Positions 10,032 through 19,697 of a DNA stretch of 32,000 nucleotides are shown one piece after another; the stretch's first letter is position 1, and the number at the start of each line of letters is the position of its first letter. The position numbers and the translations under genes were made by a program. Origin of the DNA: Idiomarina loihiensis L2TR (lineage in GTDB: Bacteria; Pseudomonadota; Gammaproteobacteria; Enterobacterales; Alteromonadaceae); contig NC_006512.1 of NCBI RefSeq assembly GCF_000008465.1, positions 1,620,001-1,652,000 on the forward strand, in the 5' to 3' direction. The notes below the pieces were generated by a model. It had not been told where the DNA came from and made no database searches. It saw only the letters and a program-made list of their open reading frames with translations.

Positions 10032-10661
10032 ATGACGCAATCGCAGACATCAATGACATCACCAATCGGAGATTTCTTCACCGTAAGAGATCGTTTCCCG
10101 GTCAATTTAATTGCGCTGGATTCGGCTGACAGTATCCCTGACGAAGACGCGTTTATTGCTGAAATCCCGGAACTGTTCACTATTGCGTCCAGCATGGCTG
10201 AAAGTGACCAGCAGCAACTGCAAAGTATTAAAGTTGAACAGTCATCAGGCAGCGCTCTGGTCGCCTTTCTAGAACAGCAACACAAACGCATGAACATATT
10301 GTTGGGCTACATGCTCCGCAACGAGGATGATCCGGCTCACCGCTTTGAAGGCGTTGAATACGGCGGCGGTGGTATTCGCATAATAAATGAGTCGCCACTA
10401 ACCGAAGGTCAGACATTTCAGGCAAAACTATTTTTTAAAGAAGAAGCTCTGGCAATTTACTGTTATCTGACAGCTGAAAACTCAGAACCAGAAGACGAGG
10501 GTGAGACTTATCGTTGCACTCTCAGCTTTGCTCAAATTCGCGAGGAAGATCAGGAGCTATTGATTCGGGCCAGTCTTCATGCCCAGAGTCGCCAGCTTAA
10601 AGAGCGTTCCAAACAACGCCGCGAAGAAAAACAAAACGACAACCTGTCATCCAAATCCTGA
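10032..10661 (+). CDS. PilZ-domain-like protein with degenerate c-di-GMP motifs
   Basis: 209 aa. The acidic N-terminal half precedes a beta-rich segment around EYGGGGIRI that resembles the PilZ (D/N)xSxxG element, then a basic C-tail. It sits between lolC and mfd, where I recall Vibrio cholerae PlzB sitting. Confidence 0.5.
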   Translation: MTQSQTSMTSPIGDFFTVRDRFPVNLIALDSADSIPDEDAFIAEIPELFTIASSMAESDQQQLQSIKVEQSSGSALVAFLEQQHKRMNILLGYMLRNEDDPAHRFEGVEYGGGGIRIINESPLTEGQTFQAKLFFKEEALAIYCYLTAENSEPEDEGETYRCTLSFAQIREEDQELLIRASLHAQSRQLKERSKQRREEKQNDNLSSKS

Positions 10662-10671
10662 TTGATTTCGG

Positions 10672-10677
10672 TATAAT
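10672..10677 (+). promoter_or_regulatory. candidate -10 box (TATAAT) upstream of mfd
   Basis: A perfect TATAAT lies inside the palindrome TCGGTATAATACCGA, 31 nt upstream of the mfd ATG. No good -35 element is present. Confidence 0.3.
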
Positions 10678-10708
10678 ACCGACGTTTTTCCAAACCAGTT
10701 GAGTAGTC

Positions 10709-13700
10709 ATGACTAAGGCATCTGTATTAAGACCCCCTTTTCCTCCGGCAGCAAACAAAGACCTTACCTGGCAGGAGTTGCATGGCAGCTCGCCGGCAAT
10801 GGCGATAGCGAGGCTAATTGACGCCACGCCAGGGCGGGTTTTAATTGTCACCGCAGATGCTAACCAGGCACACCGGTTAGAACAGGAAGTGAAATACTTT
10901 GCCGGTGAGCACACCGAATACCATGACGACATTACGCTTTTTCCCGACTGGGAAACTTTGCCTTACGACAGCTTTTCGCCGCATCAGGACATTATTTCTG
11001 ACCGACTCAGTGTGCTGGCACGCCTTCCTGATGCAAAGCGCGGCGCACTGATTGTCAGCATTAATACCCTGCTGCACCGAATTGCTCCAACCTCTTTTGT
11101 GCAGGGGCAAGCGTTACAAATTGAAAAAGGCCAGCAACTCGATAGCCTGAAGCTGCGCCAGCAACTTGAGAATGCCGGTTACCGTCATGTTAATCAAGTA
11201 ATGGAGCATGGCGAGTTCAGTGCCCGCGGCTCTATCTTAGACTTATACCCTATGGGCAGCCAGACACCTTACCGACTCGACTTTTTTGACGACGAAGTCG
11301 ATACCATTCGGCCGTTTGACCCTGAGACTCAGCTATCAAAAGATCCAATAGACGGCATTAACTTGCTGCCCGCACACGAGTTTCCACTGACAAAAACGGC
11401 AATTGAACGCTTTCGCGCAAATTACCGTGAGCACTTTGAGGCGAGCACTGAGCGTGAATCGGTGTATCAACAAGTCAGTAAAGGCCAGTTACCTGGTGGT
11501 ATAGAGTACTATCTGCCGTTATTTTTTGAAGAAACTGCCAGCTTGTTTGATTACCTTCCCGAAGACACGGTATTGGTTACTTTCGGCAACATTCAGGCGA
11601 GCCTGGAACGACTGTGGCAGGATATTAACCACCGCTACGATCAGCGTCAGTTTGACCCTTTACGGCCGTTACTGCACCCCAATGAGCTGTTTCTTCCGGT
11701 CGATAATATTCACGCCGGTTTCAAACAATATCGTCGGGTACGGGCCAATGTACCGGCAGAAATGGCCCAACCCGGTCCGACGCCATTTTTGACACAGGCT
11801 GTAACGGAAATTGCAGCTGACCATCAGCAAAAGCAACCCTTTGCCAAGTTAAAGACCAAACTGGAACAGGCTTTGACAACGGGTGACAAAGTTCTGCTGT
11901 CAGCCGAGAGCGCAGGCCGCCGCGAAGCCTTACGGGAAATTGTCAGCAAGCTTGGTTTTCAGGTAAGACTTTGCTCGGGGCTGGATGAATGCCCAACCCA
12001 ACAAATTGGGTTAATCATTAGCCCCATTATTAATTCATTTTATTTACCAGACGCCAAACTTTGGTTTATTACCGAAACCGAATTATTTGGTAATCGAGTG
12101 GTGCAAAGCCGTCGACGTCAGCAAAAAGCCACTGTCAGTGCCGATACACTGATTCGCAATTTAGCAGAACTGCAAGCCGGTCAGCCCGTTGTTCACCTGG
12201 ACCACGGTGTTGGTCGTTATCAAGGGCTGACAACTTTAGATGCCGGAAATGTCACCACCGAATTTGTTACCATTGAGTACGCAGGTGGCGCAAAACTTTA
12301 TGTTCCGGTAGCAAACCTGAACGTTTTAAGCCGCTACAGTGGCGGTGAAGAAAGCCATGCGCCGTTAAACAAACTGGGGAACGACAGCTGGGACAAGGCC
12401 AAAAAACGTGCTGCGGAAAAAGTCCGTGATGTTGCGGCTGAACTGCTCGACATTTACGCTCGCCGTGAAGCGAAACCCGGCTATGCATTTAACATTAACG
12501 AAGAAGATTACCAACGTTTTGCCGCCGGCTTTCCGTTTGAAGAAACCATTGACCAACAGACTGCAATTGATGCGGTTAAGCAGGACATGCAACAGCCCCG
12601 CGCTATGGACAGACTGGTTTGCGGCGACGTGGGCTTTGGTAAAACTGAAGTGGCCATGCGCGCGGCCTTTATTGCAGTTAATGAAGGTAAACAAGTAATG
12701 GTGCTGGTTCCTACCACCCTACTTGCCCAGCAACACTACGAAAACTTCAGTGACCGTTTTGCTGATCAGGCCATTCGGGTTGAAGTGCTGTCGCGCTTTA
12801 AAACCGCCAAGCAGTCAAAAGGCATTCTTGAAGACTTATCCAACGGCAAAGTCGACATTGTTATTGGTACCCACAAGTTACTGCAAGACAATGTTAAGTG
12901 TCATGACTTAGGTCTGCTTATTGTCGACGAAGAACACCGCTTTGGTGTAAGACAAAAAGATACAATTAAACGCCTGCGCGCTGACGTAGATATTCTGACG
13001 CTAACCGCAACACCGATTCCGCGTACCCTGAATATGGCCATGAACAACATTCGTGACCTTTCAATTATAGCCACGCCACCAGCTAAGCGACTGGCAGTAA
13101 AAACCTTTGTCCGCGAATACGACGAGCCAACGGTTCGTGAGGCAATATTGCGTGAGATTCTGCGCGGTGGTCAGGTTTATTTCTTACACAACAATGTCGA
13201 CACCATTGAAAAAACTGCGGCCGATATTGAAGCTCTGGTTCCGGAAGCGCGGGTTGTGGTTGCTCACGGACAGATGCGTGAACGTGACCTTGAGCGCATT
13301 ATGTCGGACTTCTACCATCAGCGGTTTAACGTGCTGGTCTGTACCACCATTATTGAAACCGGTATCGACATACCCAGCGCCAACACCATTATTATGGATC
13401 GCGCCGATCACCTGGGTCTGGCGCAGATGCACCAGCTGCGGGGCCGGGTCGGACGTTCGCATCATCAGGCTTACGCCTATTTATTGACGCCACACCCCAA
13501 ACGCATGACCAAAGACGCACACAAGCGCCTCGAAGCGATTTCTCAGCTGGAAGACCTGGGTGCCGGCTTTATGCTTGCAACTCACGACCTGGAAATTCGT
13601 GGTGCCGGCGAGCTGCTGGGCGATGATCAGAGTGGTCAGATTGAAAGCATTGGCTTTACTTTATACATGGACATGCTGGAGCAAGCGGTTAAAGCTTTAA

Positions 13701-14191
13701 AAGAAGGCAAAGAACCCGCGCTTGCGCAACTGCTACACGAACGTGCTGAAATTGACCTGAAACTGCCGGCACTTTTACCTGAAGCTTACATACCAGACGT
13801 CAATAATCGTTTAAGTTTGTATAAGCGAATAGCCAACTGCGAAACAAGCAAAGAGCTTGATGATCTGCAAGTAGAATTGATTGATCGTTTTGGCCTGTTA
13901 CCGGACGCCGCAAAAAACCTGATTCGGCAGACACAACTTCGCAATAATGCGGAACAGTTAGGTATACGCAAAATTGATATTGGTAATCAGGGCGGTATTA
14001 TTGAGTTTGCCGACGACACGAAAATTAACCCCGAGATAATTATTGGGTTAATTCAAAAAGCGCCCAGCTATTATAAGCTGGACGGGCCGAATCGTTTACG
14101 TTTGAGTCAACCACTGGAAGATACTCAAAGCCGCTTAAAACTGGTAGAGTCTCTGCTAGACGAGTTTGCAGAGCAATCTCAGGCGGCGTAA
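10709..14191 (+). CDS. mfd: transcription-repair coupling factor
   Basis: 1160 aa. A UvrB-homology N-terminus is followed by an RNAP-interaction region and superfamily-2 helicase motifs GDVGFGKTEVA, DEEHRFG, TATPIPRT and QLRGRVGR. Confidence 0.97.
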   Translation: MTKASVLRPPFPPAANKDLTWQELHGSSPAMAIARLIDATPGRVLIVTADANQAHRLEQEVKYFAGEHTEYHDDITLFPDWETLPYDSFSPHQDIISDRLSVLARLPDAKRGALIVSINTLLHRIAPTSFVQGQALQIEKGQQLDSLKLRQQLENAGYRHVNQVMEHGEFSARGSILDLYPMGSQTPYRLDFFDDEVDTIRPFDPETQLSKDPIDGINLLPAHEFPLTKTAIERFRANYREHFEASTERESVYQQVSKGQLPGGIEYYLPLFFEETASLFDYLPEDTVLVTFGNIQASLERLWQDINHRYDQRQFDPLRPLLHPNELFLPVDNIHAGFKQYRRVRANVPAEMAQPGPTPFLTQAVTEIAADHQQKQPFAKLKTKLEQALTTGDKVLLSAESAGRREALREIVSKLGFQVRLCSGLDECPTQQIGLIISPIINSFYLPDAKLWFITETELFGNRVVQSRRRQQKATVSADTLIRNLAELQAGQPVVHLDHGVGRYQGLTTLDAGNVTTEFVTIEYAGGAKLYVPVANLNVLSRYSGGEESHAPLNKLGNDSWDKAKKRAAEKVRDVAAELLDIYARREAKPGYAFNINEEDYQRFAAGFPFEETIDQQTAIDAVKQDMQQPRAMDRLVCGDVGFGKTEVAMRAAFIAVNEGKQVMVLVPTTLLAQQHYENFSDRFADQAIRVEVLSRFKTAKQSKGILEDLSNGKVDIVIGTHKLLQDNVKCHDLGLLIVDEEHRFGVRQKDTIKRLRADVDILTLTATPIPRTLNMAMNNIRDLSIIATPPAKRLAVKTFVREYDEPTVREAILREILRGGQVYFLHNNVDTIEKTAADIEALVPEARVVVAHGQMRERDLERIMSDFYHQRFNVLVCTTIIETGIDIPSANTIIMDRADHLGLAQMHQLRGRVGRSHHQAYAYLLTPHPKRMTKDAHKRLEAISQLEDLGAGFMLATHDLEIRGAGELLGDDQSGQIESIGFTLYMDMLEQAVKALKEGKEPALAQLLHERAEIDLKLPALLPEAYIPDVNNRLSLYKRIANCETSKELDDLQVELIDRFGLLPDAAKNLIRQTQLRNNAEQLGIRKIDIGNQGGIIEFADDTKINPEIIIGLIQKAPSYYKLDGPNRLRLSQPLEDTQSRLKLVESLLDEFAEQSQAA

Positions 14192-14206
14192 CACAGGAGT
14201 GAATAA

Positions 14207-15304
14207 ATGGCGCTGGTACATCGGGGTGTAAAATCGGTACTGGGTTTAGCAACAGCATTAACGGCTTTAGTGTCTGTAAATGCAGCGGCCCAAACAGATA
14301 AAGATTATTGGCGCTGGTTTGAAGTTGAAGTTCTGGTCTTCAAACAAACCGCTACCGATCAGTCCGGTGAAAACTTTTCTTTAACCATGCAGCCTATTGC
14401 GGTTAATAAAAGCCGGGATTTATTAACGCCTCACTACAGCCAACAAAACCGCTCTCTTCGCAGCGCTCTGCCTGTTTGCGAAGCATTCTCTGAACAAAAC
14501 TGGCAAATTGATATTGCCTGTCGGTATGACAATGAAGAACAATGGATACCCATTGCCGGTAACCCATTCGCACCGGAACACAGGTTATCTGAAATGACCT
14601 CTACTGAGGTTGTTATTGATGGCCCCGGTGGCGATATAACGAAGGCTTCGCAACCTTTCCTGATGCCTGCAGATGCGCTCGAACTCTCTCCTATCAGAAC
14701 CGAACTCGAGCGCAAAGGTCAGGCTAAACCTCTGTTGCACCTTGCCTGGAGGCAACCGGTATTTACCCGGGGTGTCGGTCGTAAAATGCGCTTATTTGGC
14801 GGTAAAAATTATGGCAACGACTTTTTCTACAATGGTTTTCCCAAAGAGCAGGAGCAACTCGATACACCGCTGGCCAGTGCTGGCCAGGAGCAGCGCATGG
14901 ATAATATCCAACGCCTGTTCAGCGTTATTAAATCAGGGACCGAGCCCTTTATCAGCTCAGACGATAACATACCGGTTCGCCCACCTCTGACCGCAGCAGG
15001 AAACCCTCAGCTTGCCTGGGAGTTTGACGGCTTAATGCATATTTTCCTGGTCGGTAACTATCTGCATATTGACGGTGAATTCAACTTACGCGAACAAGAT
15101 AAAATTAAGCGTATAGCCAACGACTTAGAAACTCAGGCGGCGTATGCCCTTAATGGTGCGAGTAAACAAGCACCCTATTTACGTAGCTATTATTTTTCTC
15201 AGTTACGGCGAGTTATCAGTCACGAAACACATTACTTTGATCACCCTAAACTCGGGGTCGTCGTTCAAATTCGCCGTACTGACTTATCGGCTCCAAGGTA
15301 CTAA
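14207..15304 (+). CDS. csiV: CsiV-family periplasmic peptidoglycan-associated protein
   Basis: 365 aa with a signal peptide (...VSVNAAAQ). AGGAG lies 8 nt upstream. It sits immediately downstream of mfd, as I recall for V. cholerae CsiV. The family call rests on synteny and general resemblance. Confidence 0.65.
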   Translation: MALVHRGVKSVLGLATALTALVSVNAAAQTDKDYWRWFEVEVLVFKQTATDQSGENFSLTMQPIAVNKSRDLLTPHYSQQNRSLRSALPVCEAFSEQNWQIDIACRYDNEEQWIPIAGNPFAPEHRLSEMTSTEVVIDGPGGDITKASQPFLMPADALELSPIRTELERKGQAKPLLHLAWRQPVFTRGVGRKMRLFGGKNYGNDFFYNGFPKEQEQLDTPLASAGQEQRMDNIQRLFSVIKSGTEPFISSDDNIPVRPPLTAAGNPQLAWEFDGLMHIFLVGNYLHIDGEFNLREQDKIKRIANDLETQAAYALNGASKQAPYLRSYYFSQLRRVISHETHYFDHPKLGVVVQIRRTDLSAPRY

Positions 15305-15321
15305 TAAGTTACGAGGCAATT

Positions 15322-15801
15322 ATGGAAAAGTACGAAGAACTGCTACTGGCCTTAAGAAAAGTGATTCGCGCCATCGACTTATACTCTAAGCAGCTAAATA
15401 AGTATTCCGGATTAACCGCGCCTCAGTTATTAATTTTGCGTGAAATAAATGCGGCGAACGGCATAACCGCCAGTAAAGTGGCACAAAATATCAATCTAAG
15501 CCCGGCAACCGTATCTAATGTCATCGAACGCCTTGAACATCGGCAGTTAATCCACAGACACCGTAGTGAACAAGACAAACGTAGGGTTTCTCTGTACCTC
15601 ACTGAGCAGGGCCTGACTCTACTGGAAAAAGCGCCACAGCCGTTGCAGGAAGATTTCATCGAAAAGTTTCAGGCACTGGATGAATGGGAGCAGTCGTTGC
15701 TGCTCTCGTCAATGCAAAGAATTGCCAATATGATGGATGCGGAACGTCTCGACGCCGCGCCCGTACTTGAAGTTGGAAGCTACCATAAACTGGACCACTA
15801 A
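15322..15801 (+). CDS. MarR-family transcriptional regulator
   Basis: 159 aa with a winged-helix region LTAPQLLILREI...ITASKVAQNINLSPATVSNVIERLEHRQLIHRHRSEQDKRRV. Confidence 0.85.
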   Translation: MEKYEELLLALRKVIRAIDLYSKQLNKYSGLTAPQLLILREINAANGITASKVAQNINLSPATVSNVIERLEHRQLIHRHRSEQDKRRVSLYLTEQGLTLLEKAPQPLQEDFIEKFQALDEWEQSLLLSSMQRIANMMDAERLDAAPVLEVGSYHKLDH

Positions 15802-15802
15802 C

Positions 15803-17572
15803 ATGCACAAACGACTACTTAGCTTATTACCCGCTCTGCTTTTATCGGGAGCTGCAATTGCAGAAACCTGTGGAAGTGACAAAGGGATTATTCCTATTTC
15901 ACAGGTGCAGGGAGACAGTGAACAGTCTCCAAAGGTTGGTAAGCAAGTAACCGTGCGCGGTATTGTTACCGCAGGCTGGCAGCCATCTGAACAGCTTGGC
16001 GGCTTTTTTCTTCACAGTTTGCCCGAAGACATGGATGGGAACCCTGCCACTTCAGAGGGGTTATTTATAGCAACCAATAAGCAGCATTCACAAATTAATA
16101 ACGGTGAATGGGTAAGAGTTACAGGACAAGTTGAAGAGCGTTCGGAATTAACCTCGTTAATAGAGGTATCCAATATAACAACCTGTGGTGAAGCAAAAAC
16201 ACTTCCTGTGACAACTGAGCTGGAGCTTCCGGTTGAATCACTTGACGCGCTTGAAGCCTTAGAAGGTATGCCTGTCATTTTATCCGCTACTAAAGGCGAG
16301 AGCCTGACGGTTTCCGGCAATTACAATTACCCTCGCTACGGTTTTTTCGATATTTCCGCAGGGCGCTTATGGACGCCAACTCAAGTCGTTATGCCGGGAA
16401 AAGACGCGAAACTTCAGGCACAGGAAAACGAATTGAACCGGTTGCAGGTTGATGACAACAGCAATGTTATCGAGCCACGTCCACTGCCATTTTCAGAGCT
16501 TCAACATGGTGAACAAGGTAGTCTACGTTCGGGTGCAACCCTGAAAAGCTTCTCCGGTATTATCAGCCAGTTCAATAACCGTTACCGAATTCAGCCAACC
16601 GACGACTTAGAACTAGAAACACCGTCGGTGCAACCGCAACTGGCAGAGAAGTCAGATAAGGCCTTGCGCATCGCCAGTTTTAATGTGCTGAACTTCTTTA
16701 ATGGAAACGGCGTCGGACAAGGTTTCCCGACTCCCAGAGGAGCTGACACGCCTGAGCAAATGCAACGACAACAGAAAAAAATTGTTGCCGCACTAACAGC
16801 TATTGATGCTGATGTTATTGGTTTAATGGAAATTGAGAATGACGGATTTGGTGAGCGCAGCGCAATAATGCAACTGGTCAAGGCACTGGAGAAAGCATCA
16901 GGGAAAGATTATGCAATAGCTGAGCCGCGTGCAGAAAAAATCGGAACAGACCAAATTACTGTCGGTATTATTTATCAGCCGCAGCGCGTAAAACCAAATT
17001 CTCACGCGATATTTACACGTCAGGGGCCTTTCTCCTGGGGAAGCCGGCCTCCTCTTGCACAAAGCTTTATCGACGCAAACACAGGTAAAGAATTCAGTGT
17101 TGTGGTAAACCACTTCAAGTCGAAAGGCAGTTGTCCGGAAGACTCCGAAAGCCCAAATAGTAATCAAAATGATGGGCAGGCGTGCTGGAACGACTTAAGA
17201 CTTCAGTCCTCGCGAGAGTTAATTCAATGGATTCAGAGCGAGTCTTTAGCAAACTCGGTATTACTAGGTGATTTTAACGCTTACTACCAAGAAGACCCGG
17301 TGCGTTATTTTGCTGACAATGGTTTTTATAACCCTTCAGGCGCAAAAGACTATTCTTACGTTTATGACAGTCAGGCCGGGGCTTTGGATCACGTTTTTGT
17401 TACAGACTCACTTAAAGACGCGATTCAGGAGGTGTATCACCTACCCTTTAATGCTGACGAACCCCAGCTATATGATTACCGCGATGAGGCGTACTTTGCA
17501 GAAGGCCCATTTCGCTCTTCTGACCATGATCCATTAGTACTGGACTTAGTTTTTTCTGGCTCTGGCATGTAG
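15803..17572 (+). CDS. exported ExeM/NucH-type extracellular nuclease (endonuclease/exonuclease/phosphatase superfamily)
   Basis: The start is taken at ATG 15803 (MHKRLLSLLPALLLSGAAIA signal peptide), 1 nt after the MarR stop. The C-terminal EEP domain carries RIASFNVLNFF, IGLMEIENDG, NHFKSKG, GDFN and SSDHDP. Confidence 0.85.
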   Translation: MHKRLLSLLPALLLSGAAIAETCGSDKGIIPISQVQGDSEQSPKVGKQVTVRGIVTAGWQPSEQLGGFFLHSLPEDMDGNPATSEGLFIATNKQHSQINNGEWVRVTGQVEERSELTSLIEVSNITTCGEAKTLPVTTELELPVESLDALEALEGMPVILSATKGESLTVSGNYNYPRYGFFDISAGRLWTPTQVVMPGKDAKLQAQENELNRLQVDDNSNVIEPRPLPFSELQHGEQGSLRSGATLKSFSGIISQFNNRYRIQPTDDLELETPSVQPQLAEKSDKALRIASFNVLNFFNGNGVGQGFPTPRGADTPEQMQRQQKKIVAALTAIDADVIGLMEIENDGFGERSAIMQLVKALEKASGKDYAIAEPRAEKIGTDQITVGIIYQPQRVKPNSHAIFTRQGPFSWGSRPPLAQSFIDANTGKEFSVVVNHFKSKGSCPEDSESPNSNQNDGQACWNDLRLQSSRELIQWIQSESLANSVLLGDFNAYYQEDPVRYFADNGFYNPSGAKDYSYVYDSQAGALDHVFVTDSLKDAIQEVYHLPFNADEPQLYDYRDEAYFAEGPFRSSDHDPLVLDLVFSGSGM

Positions 17573-18525
17573 GCATTATCGGTTCCGAAGTGAACCTCGA
17601 ACTCAACACCAAGCAACCACTGACCGTTACGCTGTTCTGTCATAAGATTGCGAGGCCAGTGGTACCCAACCCAGGTTTCCACAAAAAACCAGTCCCGTAA
17701 GTATCGTTGACGATTAAGAAAGCGCAATCCATAGTCCTGAACAGGCACTTCATGGTCAGTATTGCCCTCTATCCAGGTTTCTGTCGCCCAGGCTTTTTCC
17801 TGCCCATACAAATGATATAAACGCGCAGTACTGTTCCAGCGAATACCGTCTGTTTCTTCTGCAAAGGTGCCTTTAGAAGCCCACCTTAATAGCCATGTAT
17901 CAGTTAATGTGGCTTCATAATCCACTCTCTGTGCAACACCAAAGCCGTCACTGTCGCGCCAGAAAGCTGAAGACTGCATACGAACTTGCTGATTGCCTGA
18001 AAAAACAAAACCTGTCATGTAGCGGGCTCTGGCATAGGTATCAAACCGTAAACCACCACGGATACCTATACTGTAGGACACTCGATACGCTTCGTTAATT
18101 TCGGGATCAAAACCTAAACCCACTAGCCACTCTTCGTCTGACTGAGGAGAACGAATAACTGAAGGGCGACCGGTAGAATCATCATCCAGAAACTCATTTT
18201 CATCAACCCGGCCAATGAAAGCTGAAACGTTTTCTTTTAGCTTAGGTAAGGTTACCCGGGCTCTAAAACGCGACTTAACTTCAAAGCCATCGTACTGATC
18301 CCATTGCGGCGCAACCGAAAGCCGCCCATATGAACGTTCATATTGATTAATGCTTTCATTTCCGAACAAGCCGTCAAACCAACGCGCGGTTACATCTACC
18401 GAGGTTCCAAGCCCGCTGCGGAAACTGTCCAGCCACATACCATCTTCTTCATCAGCTTGTTGAGCTTCTGTAGCTGACTGGCAACCAAGACTAAAAATAA
18501 AAGCTAACCAAGTAATCTTTTTCAT
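17476..18525 (-). CDS. putative outer-membrane beta-barrel protein or lipoprotein, family not recognised
   Basis: The start is taken at ATG 18525 ([17 protein letters not shown] signal). The body has alternating aromatic/polar strand-like segments. A VEFEVHF beta-signal-like motif sits 36 codons before the stop. Confidence 0.55.
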   Translation of the reverse strand: MKKITWLAFIFSLGCQSATEAQQADEEDGMWLDSFRSGLGTSVDVTARWFDGLFGNESINQYERSYGRLSVAPQWDQYDGFEVKSRFRARVTLPKLKENVSAFIGRVDENEFLDDDSTGRPSVIRSPQSDEEWLVGLGFDPEINEAYRVSYSIGIRGGLRFDTYARARYMTGFVFSGNQQVRMQSSAFWRDSDGFGVAQRVDYEATLTDTWLLRWASKGTFAEETDGIRWNSTARLYHLYGQEKAWATETWIEGNTDHEVPVQDYGLRFLNRQRYLRDWFFVETWVGYHWPRNLMTEQRNGQWLLGVEFEVHFGTDNAYMPEPEKTKSSTNGSWSEERNGPSAKYASSR

Positions 18526-18570
18526 ATTGAACGGTCTATAACTAAACACCACCTTTGGTTGGAGAACACT

Positions 18571-19683
18571 ATGTCGTTTCGCCTTATAATTGTTATTGTC
18601 GGTTTGTTAGTATCTTGTTTCAGCATGGCACAGAATAGCGAGCCAACAAAGCAAAAAAATGAAAAAGTCGCGACTTTTGCCGGCGGCTGTTTCTGGTGTG
18701 TTGAAGAAGCCTTTGAACAAATGCCCGGAGTCCGGGAAGTCATTTCTGGCTTCAGCGGAGGTGACGAAGTCAACCCGACATACGAAGAGGTTTCAGCAGG
18801 TAAGACCGGGCATACGGAAGCAGCTCAGATATACTACAACCCCGATGTCGTAAGCTACGCGGCATTACTTCAGAAGTTATGGCGTATCAGTGACCCGACA
18901 GACAACGACGGACAGTTTGTTGACCGCGGTAAACAGTATCGCCCCGCTGTTTTTTATCATAATGATGAACAAAAGCGCATAGCTATGGAGTCGCGCGAAT
19001 GGCTGGATAAAAATGGCCCCTTCCCTGACCCGGTGGTTATTGAAATAACACCCTTTAAGAGCTTCTACAAAGCTGAAGAATACCACCAGGACTATTACGA
19101 CAAGAACCCCGTTCGCTACCGCATTTATACCTACAACTCGGGGCGTTATGACTTCGTTGAAAAGCATTGGGGCGATACCTCGGACGTTGACTATCAGCAA
19201 TTTACGAATGACAACCCGACAGGTAAAGCTGAGCAGCAAAGTTTCGTTAAACCTAGTGACAGCGAACTGAAAAAACGCCTAACGGATATTCAGTATGCAG
19301 TGACTCAGGAAGACCAAACGGAACCCGCCTTCGATAACCGCTACTGGGACAATGAGCGCAAGGGTATTTATGTAGATGTAGTAAGTGGTGAGCCACTTTT
19401 CTCTTCAGCAGATAAATACGAATCGGGTACCGGTTGGCCAAGTTTTACTAAGCCCATAAGCCCAGACGCGGTAGTAGAAAAAGATGACAGCAGCTGGTTC
19501 TATACCCGGACTGAAATTCGCAGCCGCAAAGCAGACTCTCATGTAGGCCACGTTTTTAATGATGGTCCACCGCCTACTGGTTTAAGATACTGCATGAATT
19601 CAGCGGCACTGCGCTTTATTCCTTTAGAAAAAATGGAGGAAGAAGGGTACGGTGACTACATTCCTGCAGTCACCGATGATTAG
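18571..19683 (+). CDS. msrAB: exported bifunctional methionine sulfoxide reductase MsrA-MsrB fusion
   Basis: The start is taken at ATG 18571, with GGAG 6 nt upstream. The signal peptide is [20 protein letters not shown]. The MsrA motif is GGCFWCVEE; the MsrB motifs are GWPSF, HVGHVF and [11 protein letters not shown]. Confidence 0.92.
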   Translation: MSFRLIIVIVGLLVSCFSMAQNSEPTKQKNEKVATFAGGCFWCVEEAFEQMPGVREVISGFSGGDEVNPTYEEVSAGKTGHTEAAQIYYNPDVVSYAALLQKLWRISDPTDNDGQFVDRGKQYRPAVFYHNDEQKRIAMESREWLDKNGPFPDPVVIEITPFKSFYKAEEYHQDYYDKNPVRYRIYTYNSGRYDFVEKHWGDTSDVDYQQFTNDNPTGKAEQQSFVKPSDSELKKRLTDIQYAVTQEDQTEPAFDNRYWDNERKGIYVDVVSGEPLFSSADKYESGTGWPSFTKPISPDAVVEKDDSSWFYTRTEIRSRKADSHVGHVFNDGPPPTGLRYCMNSAALRFIPLEKMEEEGYGDYIPAVTDD

Positions 19684-19697
19684 TTAAGCGGTAATAA

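Noticed and set aside
9971-10297. A Cys-rich 108-aa minus-strand ORF (MFMRLCCCSRK...) that overlaps the lolC/PilZ intergenic region and the 5' part of the PilZ-like gene.
   Set aside because: It runs antisense to a better-supported ORF and has no SD. Its composition looks like an antisense artefact. It would also run through the candidate promoter.
12267-12717. Several 70-110-aa ORFs lie antisense or out of frame inside mfd. The same kind occurs inside other long genes, e.g. 4940-5458 in comEC, 8397-8660 in lolD, 16012-17167 in the nuclease gene, 20186-21115 in the AsnB-like gene and 28079-28557 in acnA.
   Set aside because: They are fully embedded in genes with strong motif support, have low-complexity or Arg/Ser/Cys-rich compositions typical of shadow frames, and show no SD or recognisable motif.
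15737-15802. N-terminal extensions suggested by the ORF track: nuclease from 15737, transposase from TTG 26108, acnA from TTG 30242, barrel protein from 18552, msrAB from TTG 18559, lolD from 8751 and the HPPK-like gene from TTG 24925.
   Set aside because: In each case an internal ATG gives a proper signal peptide, a better SD or a canonical family N-terminus. The longer forms would overlap upstream genes or include a terminator-like hairpin.
17540-17572. The nuclease ends ...VFSGSGM, which could be a GlyGly-CTERM/rhombosortase sorting signal as in some ExeM-type nucleases.
   Set aside because: No hydrophobic helix or basic tail follows the Gly/Ser residues. The ORF stops immediately, and the downstream frame closes within 7 codons.
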